This document shows positions 18,490 to 27,926 of a stretch of 64,000 bases of DNA, piece after piece (position 1 is the first letter of the stretch; the number at the start of each line of letters is the position of its first letter). The notes under the pieces were generated by a model that was not told where the DNA came from, did not search any database, and saw only the letters and a program-made list of their open reading frames with translations. Origin of the DNA: Myxococcota bacterium (GTDB lineage Bacteria; Myxococcota_A; UBA9042; PHBI01; JAWLBL01); contig JAWLBL010000009.1 of assembly GCA_041687695.1 (NCBI GenBank), forward strand, positions 139,634 to 203,633, written 5' to 3'. A program made the position numbers and the translations under genes.

Positions 18490-20051
18490 TGGGCAAGGGC
18501 GCTCGCGGCAACTGGTGGTCTCGCAACATGCCGCCGTGGCTCGGCGGCCGGCGCGGCAAGCGCTCGGGCTACGACGCCGCGAAGAAGGGGCGGCACACCG
18601 CTGACTGGCTCCCGCGCAACAGCTCAGCCAACGCCGAGCTGGCGATGGCCGCACCAACCCTGCGTGCGCGCTCCCGGGATCTCAGGCGCAACAACCCGTA
18701 CGCGGCGTCAGCGCTGACGAAGCTCGCGAGCCGCATCGTCGGGACCGGGATCAGGCCGCGCCCGAAGACCGGCGATCCGACCCTAGACGCGAAGGTCCTG
18801 GCGCTCTGGGACGCGTGGTCAGCCGAGTGTTGCGTCGGAGACGACATCGACTTCTACGGCCTGCAGTACCAGGCCGTCCTCGGCATGCTCGAGTCGGGCG
18901 ACGCCTTCGTGAGGCGCCGCCTGCGGCGACTGGAAGATGACCTGCCGGTGCCCCTGCAGCTCGAGGTCCTCGAGGCCGACCTCCTGGACGAGACGCACGA
19001 CAGCGTCCCGTCGTCGGAGGGCGGGGTCGTCATCCAGGGCGTCGAGTTCGACGCGATCGGGCGGCGCACCGGGTACTGGTTGTTCGACTCGCACCCGGGA
19101 GACACGTACGGCTGGGTCGGCGCCGCCGGGCTGCGAGGCTCGACCACCTCCAGCTTCATCCCGGCCGCTGGTGTGATCCACCTCGCGAACAGCCTCGACA
19201 TGAGGCCGGGGCAGGTCCGGGGCGTGCCGCATCTGTCGGCTGTGGCCCGGCTGTTGCGTGAGATCGACGACTACCGGTTCGCAGAGCGCACCCGTAAGAA
19301 GGCCGAAAGCTGCGTCGTCGGTGCCATCGACGGCGGCGAATGGGCTGACGGGGGCGGCGACGACGACGAGGATGGGTTCAACGCCGCCGTAGACGCGGAC
19401 GGCAACCCCGTTGAGAACCTGCAGCCCGGCCACATCTTCGAGGTTCGCGACGGCAAGCGATTCCAGCTGCATGCTCCCGCGACGGTCGGCGGCTACAACG
19501 AGTACCTCTCGACCGAACTGCACGCGGCGGCCGCCGGCGCCCGCATGACCTATGAGCTCATGACCGGCGACCTGCGCGGCGTGAACTACAGCTCCATGCG
19601 AGGCGGCCGGCTCGACTTCCACGCGTGGATCGAATCGGTGCAGTACCTGGTCGCCATCCCGCGCCTGTGCATGCCGTCCTGGCGGTGGTTCATCGAGACG
19701 TCGGTCACGGCAGGCCTTCTACCCCAGCGCCCCGACGGCTACCCCGTCGACTGGCGTCCGCCCCGACCCGCGCTGCTCGACCCCATCAAAGAGGTCGCAG
19801 CCGCGTCGGCGGCCATCCGCTCGGGTCTGTCGTCGTTGCCGCGCGAGACCGCATCGCTCGGCGAGGACTACGCCGAGACCCTTCGCGAGCAGGCCGAGGC
19901 GCTCGAACTCGCCGACGACCTCGGCCTGATGCTGGACTCGGACCCGAGAAAGACGGCGCTCTCCGGCACGGCGCAGGACTACCTACGCCAGCGAGAGGGG
20001 ATCGCGACGGGCGGCGAAAGCGCTGACGAATCACAGGCTTCGGACGACTGA
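18489..20051 (+). CDS. Portal protein, lambda family
   Basis: LRARSRDLRRNNPYA, IQGVEFD, RPGQVRGVP, TGDLRGVNYSSMR, DPIKE. Confidence 0.95.
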   Translation: MGKGARGNWWSRNMPPWLGGRRGKRSGYDAAKKGRHTADWLPRNSSANAELAMAAPTLRARSRDLRRNNPYAASALTKLASRIVGTGIRPRPKTGDPTLDAKVLALWDAWSAECCVGDDIDFYGLQYQAVLGMLESGDAFVRRRLRRLEDDLPVPLQLEVLEADLLDETHDSVPSSEGGVVIQGVEFDAIGRRTGYWLFDSHPGDTYGWVGAAGLRGSTTSSFIPAAGVIHLANSLDMRPGQVRGVPHLSAVARLLREIDDYRFAERTRKKAESCVVGAIDGGEWADGGGDDDEDGFNAAVDADGNPVENLQPGHIFEVRDGKRFQLHAPATVGGYNEYLSTELHAAAAGARMTYELMTGDLRGVNYSSMRGGRLDFHAWIESVQYLVAIPRLCMPSWRWFIETSVTAGLLPQRPDGYPVDWRPPRPALLDPIKEVAAASAAIRSGLSSLPRETASLGEDYAETLREQAEALELADDLGLMLDSDPRKTALSGTAQDYLRQREGIATGGESADESQASDD

Positions 20052-20057
20052 ACGGGC

Positions 20058-20096
20058 GACCCGGAGTGTTTGCGCAAGCCGGCCTATCATGGCGAC
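20058..20096 (+). promoter_or_regulatory. Putative late promoter, copy 2
   Basis: GACCCGGAG-N18-TATCAT-N6-ATG (protease/capsid gene). Confidence 0.6.
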
Positions 20097-22175
20097 ATGC
20101 CGCCCTCTCGCACACCGCCCACCGGCGCCGCCCCCGATGACCAGGCCGTCCGCTACCGGGCGCCCTGGCTCGAGCGCGTTGCGGCCGAGGGCTATACACC
20201 CCGCGACGGTGCATCCGCCGGTCCCACCCACGTCCGCGAGGTCGAGGTGCGGCCCGAGACCTGGGACGAGGAGTCTCGGACGCTCGAGATCGTCTGGACC
20301 ACGGGCGCCGCGGTCACTCGCCGGGACTGGTGGACAGGCGAGCGATGGGTCGAGGAGCTGAGCCTCGAGGCGGACCACGTCCGGCTCGGCCGGCTCAACG
20401 GCGGTGCTCCGCTGCTCGACTCGCACTGGTCCTACGGCACCAGCAGCGTCATCGGCGTCGTGGTCGACGGGACGGGGCGCATCGAGGACGGCCGCGGCCT
20501 GGCCCGCGTGCGACTGAGCCGCGCGCCCGGCGACGCGGACATCACCGGCAAGATCATCGACGGCATCATCCGCTCCATCAGCGTGGGGTACGTCGTCAAC
20601 GAGTGGCTCGAGGTCAACCCCGAGCGGAAGAAGGGCGAGGCGCCCATCTACCGCGCCATCGACTGGGAGCCCCTCGAGGTCAGCGCAGTTTCGATTCCCG
20701 CGGACGCGGGATCCGGCTTCCGCGGCGCGAGCCGCAATGCACAGGAGAGGCCCATGCCCCCCGAGAAGAAGAGCCGCGCCGAAGAGGCCGACGAGACCTG
20801 CCCCGAGTGCGAGGGCCAGGGCGAGGACTGCACCTGCGACGACGAGGCGGCTCGGGCGGCGAAGGCCGATGCCGAGCGGGCGGAGAAGGAACGCGTCCGG
20901 GCCGAGGAGCGCGCCCGCATCCGTGGCATCGAGAGCGGCGCCGAGGCGCTCGGCCTCGACAAGAACGACGCCGAGGTGCGCAAGCTCGTGGACGAGGCCG
21001 TCCCGCTCGGCAAGGCGCGCAGCCGCCTGTTCGAGCTCGCGGCCGAGCGCGACGGCAAGGGCACCCGCGGTCGGCACGGCGGCAACATCGAGGTGGGCAC
21101 GGAGGAGCGGACCAAGATCCTCGGCGGCTTCGAGAACGCCCTCGCACACCGGCTCGGGCGCGGCGACCTGACCGACGTCGGCCGGCCGTTCCGCGGGCTG
21201 TCGCTCGGGGAGATGGCGCGCATGAGCCTGGTGCGCGCTGGCCGCATCGACTCCGGCGCCTCGATCCCGGAGGTCGCGCAGGTGCTCTTCGAGCGCTCGG
21301 GCATGCACTCGGGCGACGACTTCCCGATCCTCCTGTCGAACGTCGCCAACAAGTCCCTGCGCGACCAGTACCAGCGCCTCGAGCGGACTTTCGTGAAGTT
21401 CGGGCGCCGCACGACGCTGAAGGACTTCAAGCAGGTCACCAGGACCCAGCTCGGCGAGGGCTCGAAGCTCAAGAAGAAGCTGCCCGGTGCCGAGATCAAG
21501 TTCGGCACCATCGGGGAGGCGAAGGAGCAGTACGCGCTCGCCACGTACGCGGGCGGGTACATGTTCACCCGCGAGATGCTCATCGACGACGACCTCGACG
21601 CGTTCTCGCGCCTGCCGAGCCTCGAGGCCGCCCAGGTCGTCGACATGGAGAACCTCGTGACCTGGGAGCAGATCACGAGCAACCCGACGATGGGCGACGG
21701 CAAGACGCTCTTCCACGCCGACCACAAGAACCTCGCGAGCGCCGCCGCGCCGGGCGCCACGGCGCTGAACGCCGGCCGCAAGCTGATGCGCACCCAGACG
21801 GGCGTCGACGGCGCCAAGATCCGCCTGCGGCCGCGCTTCATCTTCACGCCCGAGGCGCAGCTCGGCGCGTGGGAGCAGCTCTACAGCCCGAACTACAAGC
21901 CGACGGCCAAGGAGACGGCGATGACCGACGATCTCCTGCGCCTGGAGATCATCGCCGAGCCGCTGCTCGACGACGTGTCCGAGACCAACTGGTACCTCGG
22001 CGCCGATCCCGCGGTCGTCGACACGCTCGAGTACGCCTACCTCCAGGGGGCCGAGGGGCCGCAGATGGCGTCGGAGATCAAGTTCGGCGTCGGGATGTGG
22101 TTCGCCGTTTTTGAGGATTTTGCGGCGAAGGTCATCGAATGGCGCGCGTTCGTGAAGAACCCGTACGCCGGCTGA
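20097..22175 (+). CDS. Prohead protease/major capsid fusion protein
   Basis: APLLDSH, ISVGY, WEPLEVSAVSIPAD protease motifs; HSGDDFPILL, IDDDLDAF, LFHADHKNL capsid motifs. Confidence 0.93.
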   Translation: MPPSRTPPTGAAPDDQAVRYRAPWLERVAAEGYTPRDGASAGPTHVREVEVRPETWDEESRTLEIVWTTGAAVTRRDWWTGERWVEELSLEADHVRLGRLNGGAPLLDSHWSYGTSSVIGVVVDGTGRIEDGRGLARVRLSRAPGDADITGKIIDGIIRSISVGYVVNEWLEVNPERKKGEAPIYRAIDWEPLEVSAVSIPADAGSGFRGASRNAQERPMPPEKKSRAEEADETCPECEGQGEDCTCDDEAARAAKADAERAEKERVRAEERARIRGIESGAEALGLDKNDAEVRKLVDEAVPLGKARSRLFELAAERDGKGTRGRHGGNIEVGTEERTKILGGFENALAHRLGRGDLTDVGRPFRGLSLGEMARMSLVRAGRIDSGASIPEVAQVLFERSGMHSGDDFPILLSNVANKSLRDQYQRLERTFVKFGRRTTLKDFKQVTRTQLGEGSKLKKKLPGAEIKFGTIGEAKEQYALATYAGGYMFTREMLIDDDLDAFSRLPSLEAAQVVDMENLVTWEQITSNPTMGDGKTLFHADHKNLASAAAPGATALNAGRKLMRTQTGVDGAKIRLRPRFIFTPEAQLGAWEQLYSPNYKPTAKETAMTDDLLRLEIIAEPLLDDVSETNWYLGADPAVVDTLEYAYLQGAEGPQMASEIKFGVGMWFAVFEDFAAKVIEWRAFVKNPYAG

Positions 22176-22232
22176 TCCTCGAGCACACCAACCGAAGAAC
22201 CGGGCGGGCTCGAACCGCCCTCGGAGCACAGC

Positions 22233-22763
22233 ATGGCCACCAACTTCACTCAGGACGGCGATCGCCTGACCCTCACCGCCCCTTCGGGCGGCGTGGTGAA
22301 GGACAAGGTCTACGTCATCGGCGACCTGGTCGTCGTGGCGCTCGGAAGCGCCGCCGAGGGCGCCGACTTCGTCGGCTGTCGGCGCGGTGTCTTCGCGCTC
22401 GACAAGGAGGCGGATCTCGCCATCACGGCGGGTGACATCGTCTTCTGGGCCACGGACACCCTCGAGGCGACGGCCGACGAGACCGACAAGGCCGTCGGAT
22501 ACGCCATCGCCGACGCCGCGGCCGACGACGACACGGTCGAGGTCGTGCTGACCCCGGACATGAGCCCGAACGTCCTCGCCTCGGTGCTCGCGATCCCGAA
22601 GCACAACTTCGCCGCTGGCGCCGCGCCGGGGGTCGGCGACGACTCGGCGGACGGCTACTCGGTCGGCTCGATGTGGTTCGACACCACCAACGACGAGATC
22701 TACGGCTGCGTCGACGCCAGCGAGGGCGCCGCCGTCTGGAAGCAGCTCAGCAACGCGGCCTGA
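22233..22763 (+). CDS. DUF2190-like capsid cement protein with C-terminal extension
   Basis: MATNFTQDGDRLTLTAP..GVFALDK..GDIVFW; follows the capsid gene. Confidence 0.8.
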   Translation: MATNFTQDGDRLTLTAPSGGVVKDKVYVIGDLVVVALGSAAEGADFVGCRRGVFALDKEADLAITAGDIVFWATDTLEATADETDKAVGYAIADAAADDDTVEVVLTPDMSPNVLASVLAIPKHNFAAGAAPGVGDDSADGYSVGSMWFDTTNDEIYGCVDASEGAAVWKQLSNAA

Positions 22764-22779
22764 TAGGAGCTGACGCGCG

Positions 22780-23097
22780 ATGGTGCAGTGGGACCGCCTG
22801 ACCGACATGACCAACCGGATGGTCACCAAGACCTTCGGTCGCGCGGTCGTGTACACGCCGAGCGGCGGCGGTCCCCTCACCACGCGCGCCGTCTTCGACG
22901 CGGCCCACCAGCAGATCGAACTCGACGACGGCATCGCCCACAACACCACCCGGCCCGTGCTGCACGTGCGCCTGGCGGACCTCGACACGGCGCCCCGCAA
23001 GGATGACCGGGTCGAGGTGCAGGACGTGACCTACGCGGTCACCGAGGTGCACCCCGACGGCCGCGGCGGCGCGACCCTCTACCTGGTGCGACGATGA
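22780..23097 (+). CDS. Head-tail joining protein (FII-like)
   Basis: Size, position and YAVTEVHPDGRG motif. Confidence 0.75.
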   Translation: MVQWDRLTDMTNRMVTKTFGRAVVYTPSGGGPLTTRAVFDAAHQQIELDDGIAHNTTRPVLHVRLADLDTAPRKDDRVEVQDVTYAVTEVHPDGRGGATLYLVRR

Positions 23098-23663
23098 CGA
23101 CGCCCACCGACATCCGGCTGGCCACGCTGGCCGTCGTTGCGGCGGCCCTGCCGACCTGGACGGCGCACGACTCGCGCATCACCCCCCTGAGCGACGACGA
23201 GCTGCTCGAGGGGCCGGCGCTGGTCGCGCTGACCGGGACCGGCGTCGAGGAGGAGAGCGAGGGCGGGACGGGGTCGTACACCCGGACCGAGGACGTCATT
23301 GTCGAGGCTCACTTCATCGTGGACCCCGAGACGCCGTCCCCCGAGGCCGCGCTCGCCGCCCAGCTCGACGTGCTCGAGCGCGGCATCAAGGATGCCCTGT
23401 TCCGCGACACGGCCTGGCGCAATCGATTCGAAGACGTCGCCAGGATGCGGGTCACGAAGGGCCGCCACAACGAGAGCGCGCACCACCGCGGCGCGGTCGT
23501 GATCGCGTTCACGGTCGCGTACCACGAGGGCTACGGCTACGAGCCCGACGACGACGAGGACCTCTCCGAGGTGCGCATCGCCGTCGACTGCATCGTCCAC
23601 GGCACGGGCCAGCCGGACGGGACCATCGAGGCCGAGGCCTACCACGAGCTGGAGGGCGCATGA
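23094..23663 (+). CDS. Putative tail completion/terminator protein
   Basis: Position before the sheath; ATGA-coupled. Confidence 0.6.
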   Translation: MTTPTDIRLATLAVVAAALPTWTAHDSRITPLSDDELLEGPALVALTGTGVEEESEGGTGSYTRTEDVIVEAHFIVDPETPSPEAALAAQLDVLERGIKDALFRDTAWRNRFEDVARMRVTKGRHNESAHHRGAVVIAFTVAYHEGYGYEPDDDEDLSEVRIAVDCIVHGTGQPDGTIEAEAYHELEGA

Positions 23664-23851
23664 GCCGCATCCACGTCTACCCGGCGCCCGGCCTCCAGGT
23701 CGCGATCCCCCTCGAGGAGCGCCGCCGCGGCGGGCCGACGCACCTGCCCGCCACGGGCGCCCCCGTCTCCCTGACCACCTACTGGCGCCGCCGTCTCGCC
23801 GCGGCCGACGTCACCACCGAGCCGACGCCGGCGCCGGCGCCCGAGGCCTGA
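23660..23851 (+). CDS. DUF2635-like Mu-type small tail protein
   Basis: PAPG..P..YWRRRLAAADV motif directly before the sheath. Confidence 0.8.
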   Translation: MSRIHVYPAPGLQVAIPLEERRRGGPTHLPATGAPVSLTTYWRRRLAAADVTTEPTPAPAPEA

Positions 23852-23852
23852 C

Positions 23853-25343
23853 ATGACCGTCCCCTTCGCCACGCTCCCCGCCAACACCCGCGTCCCGCTG
23901 TTCTACGCCGAGGTCGACGCCAGCCAGGCCGGCACTCCGGTGGCCGACGTGTACCCGGCGCTCATCGTGGCGCAGCGTCTTTCGACGGGGTCGGTCGCGG
24001 CGGGAGTCCTGACGCGCGTGTTCGGCGCTGACCAGGCAGCCACCTACTTCGGCCGCGGCAGCATCGCGCACCGGATGGTCCACGCCTACCGCGCCAATGA
24101 CCCGACCGGCGAGTTGTGGGTCATCGCGCTGGACGATGACGCCTCGGGCGTGGCGGCCACGGGCGAGATCGAGGTCACCGGCACGGCGACCGCCGACGGC
24201 ACCCTGTCCATCTACATCGCCGGCCAGCTCGTCGAGGTCGCCGTCGCCGACGAGGACACCGCGACCGACATCGCCACGGCGGTGGCGGCGGCCATCAACG
24301 CCGACACCAACCTGCCTGTGACCGCGGCCGCGGAGCTGGGCGTCGTCACCCTGACCGCCCGCAACGCGGGCACCCAGGGCAACGCCATCGACGTCCGCCT
24401 CAACTACCGGGGGCCCGAGTACGGCGAGGAGACCCCCGCGGGCGTCGACGCCGCCATCGTGGCGATGGCCGATGGCGCGACCGACCCCTCGGTGGCGGAC
24501 GCCATCACCGCGATGGGCGACATCGCGTACGACCACGTCGCCACCGGCCTCAGCGACGCCGGCAACCTCGACCTCCTGGTCGCCGAGTACGACGACCTGA
24601 CGGGCCGGTGGTCGCCGCTCCGGCAGATCTACGGCCACGTGTGGGCCGCCCGCGTCGCCTCGCACGGCACGCTGACGACCCTCGGCAGCGGCCGCAACAA
24701 CCCGCACGAGACCATCGTCGGCATCGCCGGCACACCGACGCCGCCCTGGGAGATCGCGGCGGCGGTGATGGCCCAGGCGGCCCGCGCCCTCAACGACGAT
24801 CCCGCCCTGCCGCTCCAGACTCTCATCCTCCGCGGCGTGCTGGCCCCCGCCGTCGCGGCGCGCTTCACGTGGAGCGAGCGCAACGCACTGCTCCACGACG
24901 GCATCTCGACCCTGGCCGTCACGGCCACGGGAGAGGTCGCCATCGAGCGGGCGATCTCGACGTATCAGCGCAACGCCCACGGCGGCGCCGACGACGCCTG
25001 GCTCGACGTCACCACCCCCTACACCCTGGCCCGCATCCTGCGAACCCTGCGGTCGAGGGTCCTGCAGAGGTTCGGTCGGACTCGCCTGGTCGACAACGGC
25101 ACGCGCCTGCGGCCCGGCGTCCGCGGCGTGACGCCCAACGTCATCCGCGCGGAGCTGATCGCCACCTACCGCGAGCTCGAGGGGAACGGCCTGGTGGAGA
25201 ACGCCGACGCCTTCATCGCTGGGCTCGTCGTCGAGCGCAACGCCGGCAATCCCACTCGCGTCGACGTCCTCTTCCCCCCGGACCTCGCCAACCCCCTGAC
25301 GGTGCTCGGCGTCCTCGCCCAGTACCGCCTGCAGACCACCTGA
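23853..25343 (+). CDS. Contractile tail sheath protein (Mu gpL-like)
   Basis: RVPLFYAEVD, FGRGS, DPALPLQTL, ERNALLHDGIST, RVDVLFPPDL. Confidence 0.95.
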   Translation: MTVPFATLPANTRVPLFYAEVDASQAGTPVADVYPALIVAQRLSTGSVAAGVLTRVFGADQAATYFGRGSIAHRMVHAYRANDPTGELWVIALDDDASGVAATGEIEVTGTATADGTLSIYIAGQLVEVAVADEDTATDIATAVAAAINADTNLPVTAAAELGVVTLTARNAGTQGNAIDVRLNYRGPEYGEETPAGVDAAIVAMADGATDPSVADAITAMGDIAYDHVATGLSDAGNLDLLVAEYDDLTGRWSPLRQIYGHVWAARVASHGTLTTLGSGRNNPHETIVGIAGTPTPPWEIAAAVMAQAARALNDDPALPLQTLILRGVLAPAVAARFTWSERNALLHDGISTLAVTATGEVAIERAISTYQRNAHGGADDAWLDVTTPYTLARILRTLRSRVLQRFGRTRLVDNGTRLRPGVRGVTPNVIRAELIATYRELEGNGLVENADAFIAGLVVERNAGNPTRVDVLFPPDLANPLTVLGVLAQYRLQTT

Positions 25344-25353
25344 GGAGCCTCCC

Positions 25354-25716
25354 ATGGCCGGTAACAAGTTCGCCGGGACCTGCTACGTGGCGGCGGGCGA
25401 GCGTCAGCTCGTCGTCGCGGGCGAGGTCAGCCACAACCTCGGCCAGAGGGCCACCCGCGAGACCCAGACCGGACTCAATGGCCCGGTGGGCTTTTCCGAG
25501 CAGCTCACCACCCCCTTCGTCGAGGTCGAGGTGATGGACGCCGGCGACGACCTCGAGGCCCTCGCCGACCTCGAGGACGGAACCATCACCGTCGAGAACG
25601 CCAACGGCCGGGTCGGCGTCCTCGCGAACGCCTGGCAGGTCAACGACGTGACGAAGACCGCAAGCAATGGCCGAGCGACCCTCCGCTTCGAGGGCCTGAG
25701 GAGCGACCGCACGTGA
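25354..25716 (+). CDS. Tail tube protein (Mu gpM-like)
   Basis: 120 aa after the sheath; TITVENANG and LRFEG motifs. Confidence 0.85.
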   Translation: MAGNKFAGTCYVAAGERQLVVAGEVSHNLGQRATRETQTGLNGPVGFSEQLTTPFVEVEVMDAGDDLEALADLEDGTITVENANGRVGVLANAWQVNDVTKTASNGRATLRFEGLRSDRT

Positions 25717-25979
25717 GCAGCAAGACCGTCCAGCTGAGCTATCCCGTCGAGGCCCACGGCAAGACGATCAACGAGATCACCCTGCGGCGCCCCAAGGGCG
25801 CCGACCTGCGTGCCGTCGACGGCATGGACAAGTGGGCGGAGACGGTGACCTTGATCTCCCGTCTTGGATCCATCCCGCCCTCGTCCGCCAACGAGATGGA
25901 CGCCGTCGACGTGGTCGCCTGCGGGGTGGTCATCGCCGATTTTTTGCGGCCTTCCCCGCCGACTGGCGGGAGCGAGTAG
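25713..25979 (+). CDS. Tail assembly chaperone (gpE-like), with -1 frameshift extension to 26101
   Basis: LSYPV..EITLRRPKGADL; TTTTTTG at 25940-25946; -1 frame reads ADLVHWYRWSPSDGWEL..WWIEQA. Confidence 0.85.
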   Translation: MSSKTVQLSYPVEAHGKTINEITLRRPKGADLRAVDGMDKWAETVTLISRLGSIPPSSANEMDAVDVVACGVVIADFLRPSPPTGGSE

Positions 25980-26090
25980 CCGACCTCGTCCACTGGTACC
26001 GCTGGTCGCCCTCGGACGGCTGGGAGCTCGAGGCCGACGAGATCCGCTGGTGGATCGAGCAGGCGAACCGGATCGTAGAGGAGCAGCGAC

Positions 26091-27926
26091 GTGGCCAGTG
26101 AAGTCGGGATCAGCGCCGCCATCGGCCTGCAGGACAGCTTCACCGCGCCGCTCGCGAAGGCGGCGTCGACGGCGCGCGTGGCCATGCGCGGCGCCCTGGA
26201 GGACATCCAGCGGGCGGCCCTGGGGGCGTCGCTCGGGATCGCCAAAGTCTCGTCGTCGACCGACTCGCTGACGCAGGCCGCCGCGCGCTACCAGCGCGAA
26301 GCCGAGGGCATCACGCCCATCGATCAGATGCGCCTCGAGCTGACCGATGCCCGAGCCAAGGGCCTGTCCGAGCTGGCCATGATGATCGAGCGGAACATCG
26401 CCGTCGCTCGCATCGAGCAGCGCGTGGCCAAGGGCGAGATCACCAACGACCGCGCTCGCCTCGAGATCCAGATCGTCGACATCGAGCAGACGAAGCGGCT
26501 GAGCGAGCTGAAGGCCAAGAAGTCCGCCGAGACCAAGAAGGCGGGCGAGGCGGCCAAGAAGGCGGGCGCGGACGCGAGGAGGGGCGCCGGCGGCTGGAAG
26601 CGGCTGGGTGACCGACTCCGGTCGGTGCGCAGCACCATCGGCAAGTTCGTCGGCCTCGGCAGCCTCGTCGGCGGTGTCTCCGTCGTAGGCGCCGCCGGCG
26701 GCATCATGCGCCTGGTCGACGGCCACGCGCAGGCGACCGACGTCATGGCGAAGTTCGCCTCGCGAGTGGGGATGGGGATCGAGACGCTGCAGGAGTACGA
26801 GTACGCCGCTGGCATCGCGGGCATCACCAGCGACGAGTTCCGCGACTCGCTCTCGGAGCTGTCGCAACGCATCGGGGAGGCGAAGCTCGGCGAAGGCGAG
26901 CTGCTCACATTCCTGAAGCGCGCCAGTCCGGCCCTGCTCGAGCAGGTGAAGGGCGCGCGCGACAACGGCGAGGCCTTCGAGCTGATGGTGCAGGCGATGC
27001 GCCAGATCGAGGACCCCACGAAAAGGGCGGCGGTCGCGAGCAAGGTCTTCGGAGAGTCCGGCAAGAAGATGGCGTTGATGGCCAACCTCTCCACCGCCGA
27101 GCTGCTGAAGCTCCGCGCCGAGCAGGAAGCGAACGGCAACGTCACGGCCGAGGGCGCGAAGCTCGCCGAGGAGTACGCTGACGCCAAGTCGCGCCTGGGC
27201 TCAGCCGTGCGCGGCGTCGCGGTTTCGGTGGCGTCCGATCTCCTGCCCAAGGTGACGCCGCTGCTCGGTCGTCTGACAGAATGGGTCCGCGCCAACCGAG
27301 AGATCATCGCGACCAAGCTCACGAACTTCGTCGTCGGCCTCGGTGAGGCCCTCGGCAGCATCGACTGGCAGGCAGTGGTCTCAGGCATCGGCCGGTTCGT
27401 GGAGGGGCTCGTCCGCGCCGCGGAGTGGCTCGGGCCGGACGGGATGATCATCGTAGGCATCGGCGCCATGGGCGCGGCGCTGACTCTCTCGTTGGGACCG
27501 ATCGGGCTGGTGCTGTCGGGCGTCGCGCTGCTGGCGGTGTACTGGGACGATGTCACCGCTGCTGCGAAGCGCGCGCTCGAGGTGGCGAGCGAGGCCACGA
27601 GCTGGCTGCAGCGCATCCCGGGCATTGGCCACGTATTCGGCGGGGCAGGGACCTCAGGCCTCGTGCGCGACGTCGTCGGCCAACACCAGGCAGACCTCGA
27701 GGAGCGGGCGAAGCAGGTCGACCCGGCCGAGTTCAGCCAGCGGATGTTCGGGGTCTCGCTGCCGCGGCTGGCCGGCGCTGACGGCGCGTCCGGACGCGTC
27801 CAGGTCGAGGTCGACTTCCGCAACCTCCCCGACGGCGCCCGCGTGAACACCGAGACCTCGGACCCCGCCCGGGTTCCGGTGAAGGCCGACGTCGGCCGCC
27901 GCACGCTCGGCACGGGGGCCCCATGA
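26091..27926 (+). CDS. Tail tape measure protein
   Basis: Long Ala-rich helical ORF after the chaperone; GMGIETLQEYEYAAGIAG. Confidence 0.85.
   Translation: MASEVGISAAIGLQDSFTAPLAKAASTARVAMRGALEDIQRAALGASLGIAKVSSSTDSLTQAAARYQREAEGITPIDQMRLELTDARAKGLSELAMMIERNIAVARIEQRVAKGEITNDRARLEIQIVDIEQTKRLSELKAKKSAETKKAGEAAKKAGADARRGAGGWKRLGDRLRSVRSTIGKFVGLGSLVGGVSVVGAAGGIMRLVDGHAQATDVMAKFASRVGMGIETLQEYEYAAGIAGITSDEFRDSLSELSQRIGEAKLGEGELLTFLKRASPALLEQVKGARDNGEAFELMVQAMRQIEDPTKRAAVASKVFGESGKKMALMANLSTAELLKLRAEQEANGNVTAEGAKLAEEYADAKSRLGSAVRGVAVSVASDLLPKVTPLLGRLTEWVRANREIIATKLTNFVVGLGEALGSIDWQAVVSGIGRFVEGLVRAAEWLGPDGMIIVGIGAMGAALTLSLGPIGLVLSGVALLAVYWDDVTAAAKRALEVASEATSWLQRIPGIGHVFGGAGTSGLVRDVVGQHQADLEERAKQVDPAEFSQRMFGVSLPRLAGADGASGRVQVEVDFRNLPDGARVNTETSDPARVPVKADVGRRTLGTGAP

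Noticed and set aside
20031..23000. 989-aa minus-strand ORF and many similar long antisense or off-frame ORFs (e.g. 26324-29032, 31669-34197, 42629-44032)
   Set aside because: Shadow ORFs caused by high GC; they overlap well-supported genes and have low-complexity translations
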